The notes under the pieces were generated by a model. That model had not been told where the DNA came from. It saw only the letters and a list, made by a program, of their open reading frames with translations, and made no database searches. Shown in pieces: positions 63,948 to 64,000 of a stretch of 64,000 nt of DNA. The position numbers and the translations under genes are program-made. This DNA is from Laetmonice hystrix (taxonomy: Eukaryota), in assembly GCA_965235115.1 (NCBI GenBank), contig OZ249446.1, positions 6,882,001 through 6,946,000 of the forward strand, written 5' to 3'. How positions within the stretch are numbered: position 1 is the first letter of the stretch; the number at the start of each line of letters is the position of its first letter.

Positions 63948-64000
63948 CTGAAGCAGCAAATCAGAACCAAAGTCATCAATACATAGACAACTTTACAGGA

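Larger units (their letters stand above)
42790..64000. repeat. Tandem repeat, ~2283-bp two-exon unit (Y, ~762-nt intron, X, ~290-nt intron), 9+ copies, runs off the right edge
   Basis: X exon offsets 2282-2285 bp. Confidence 0.97.

Overview
Eukaryotic (metazoan, probably invertebrate) genomic DNA. Almost the whole window is a minus-strand series of 56 exons, each encoding one complete von Willebrand factor type A (VWA) domain. The recurring pattern is xC..D(F/I)xFxxDGSGSIRDxNPxDxS(F/Y)DNW..G(A/G/R)NTNTSGG..GDRPxxPN..(I/V)TDG..QAC followed by a Pro/Thr linker. All exons are phase 1 at the acceptor. The 55 non-terminal exons are multiples of 3, phase 1-1, and each ends at a non-canonical GC donor (exon|GCAAGT). 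In transcript order (right to left): ten Y and nine X exons alternating in a ~2283-bp repeat (42.8-64 kb); a stop-containing exon with a downstream AATAAA (41.9-42.5 kb); a 2.5-kb unique gap; three singleton exons (36.9-39.4 kb); 27 near-identical exons in a 1015-bp repeat (9.3-36.6 kb); four exons in a ~1452-bp repeat; and two more exons of that class (1-2.7 kb). This is either two tandem giant multi-VWA genes (about 4,100 and 7,700 aa within the window) or one gene with an internal alternative last exon. Introns hold short inverted-repeat elements and decayed VWA fragments. I found no RNA genes, CRISPR arrays or prokaryotic features. All plus-strand ORFs over the exons look like antisense shadows.
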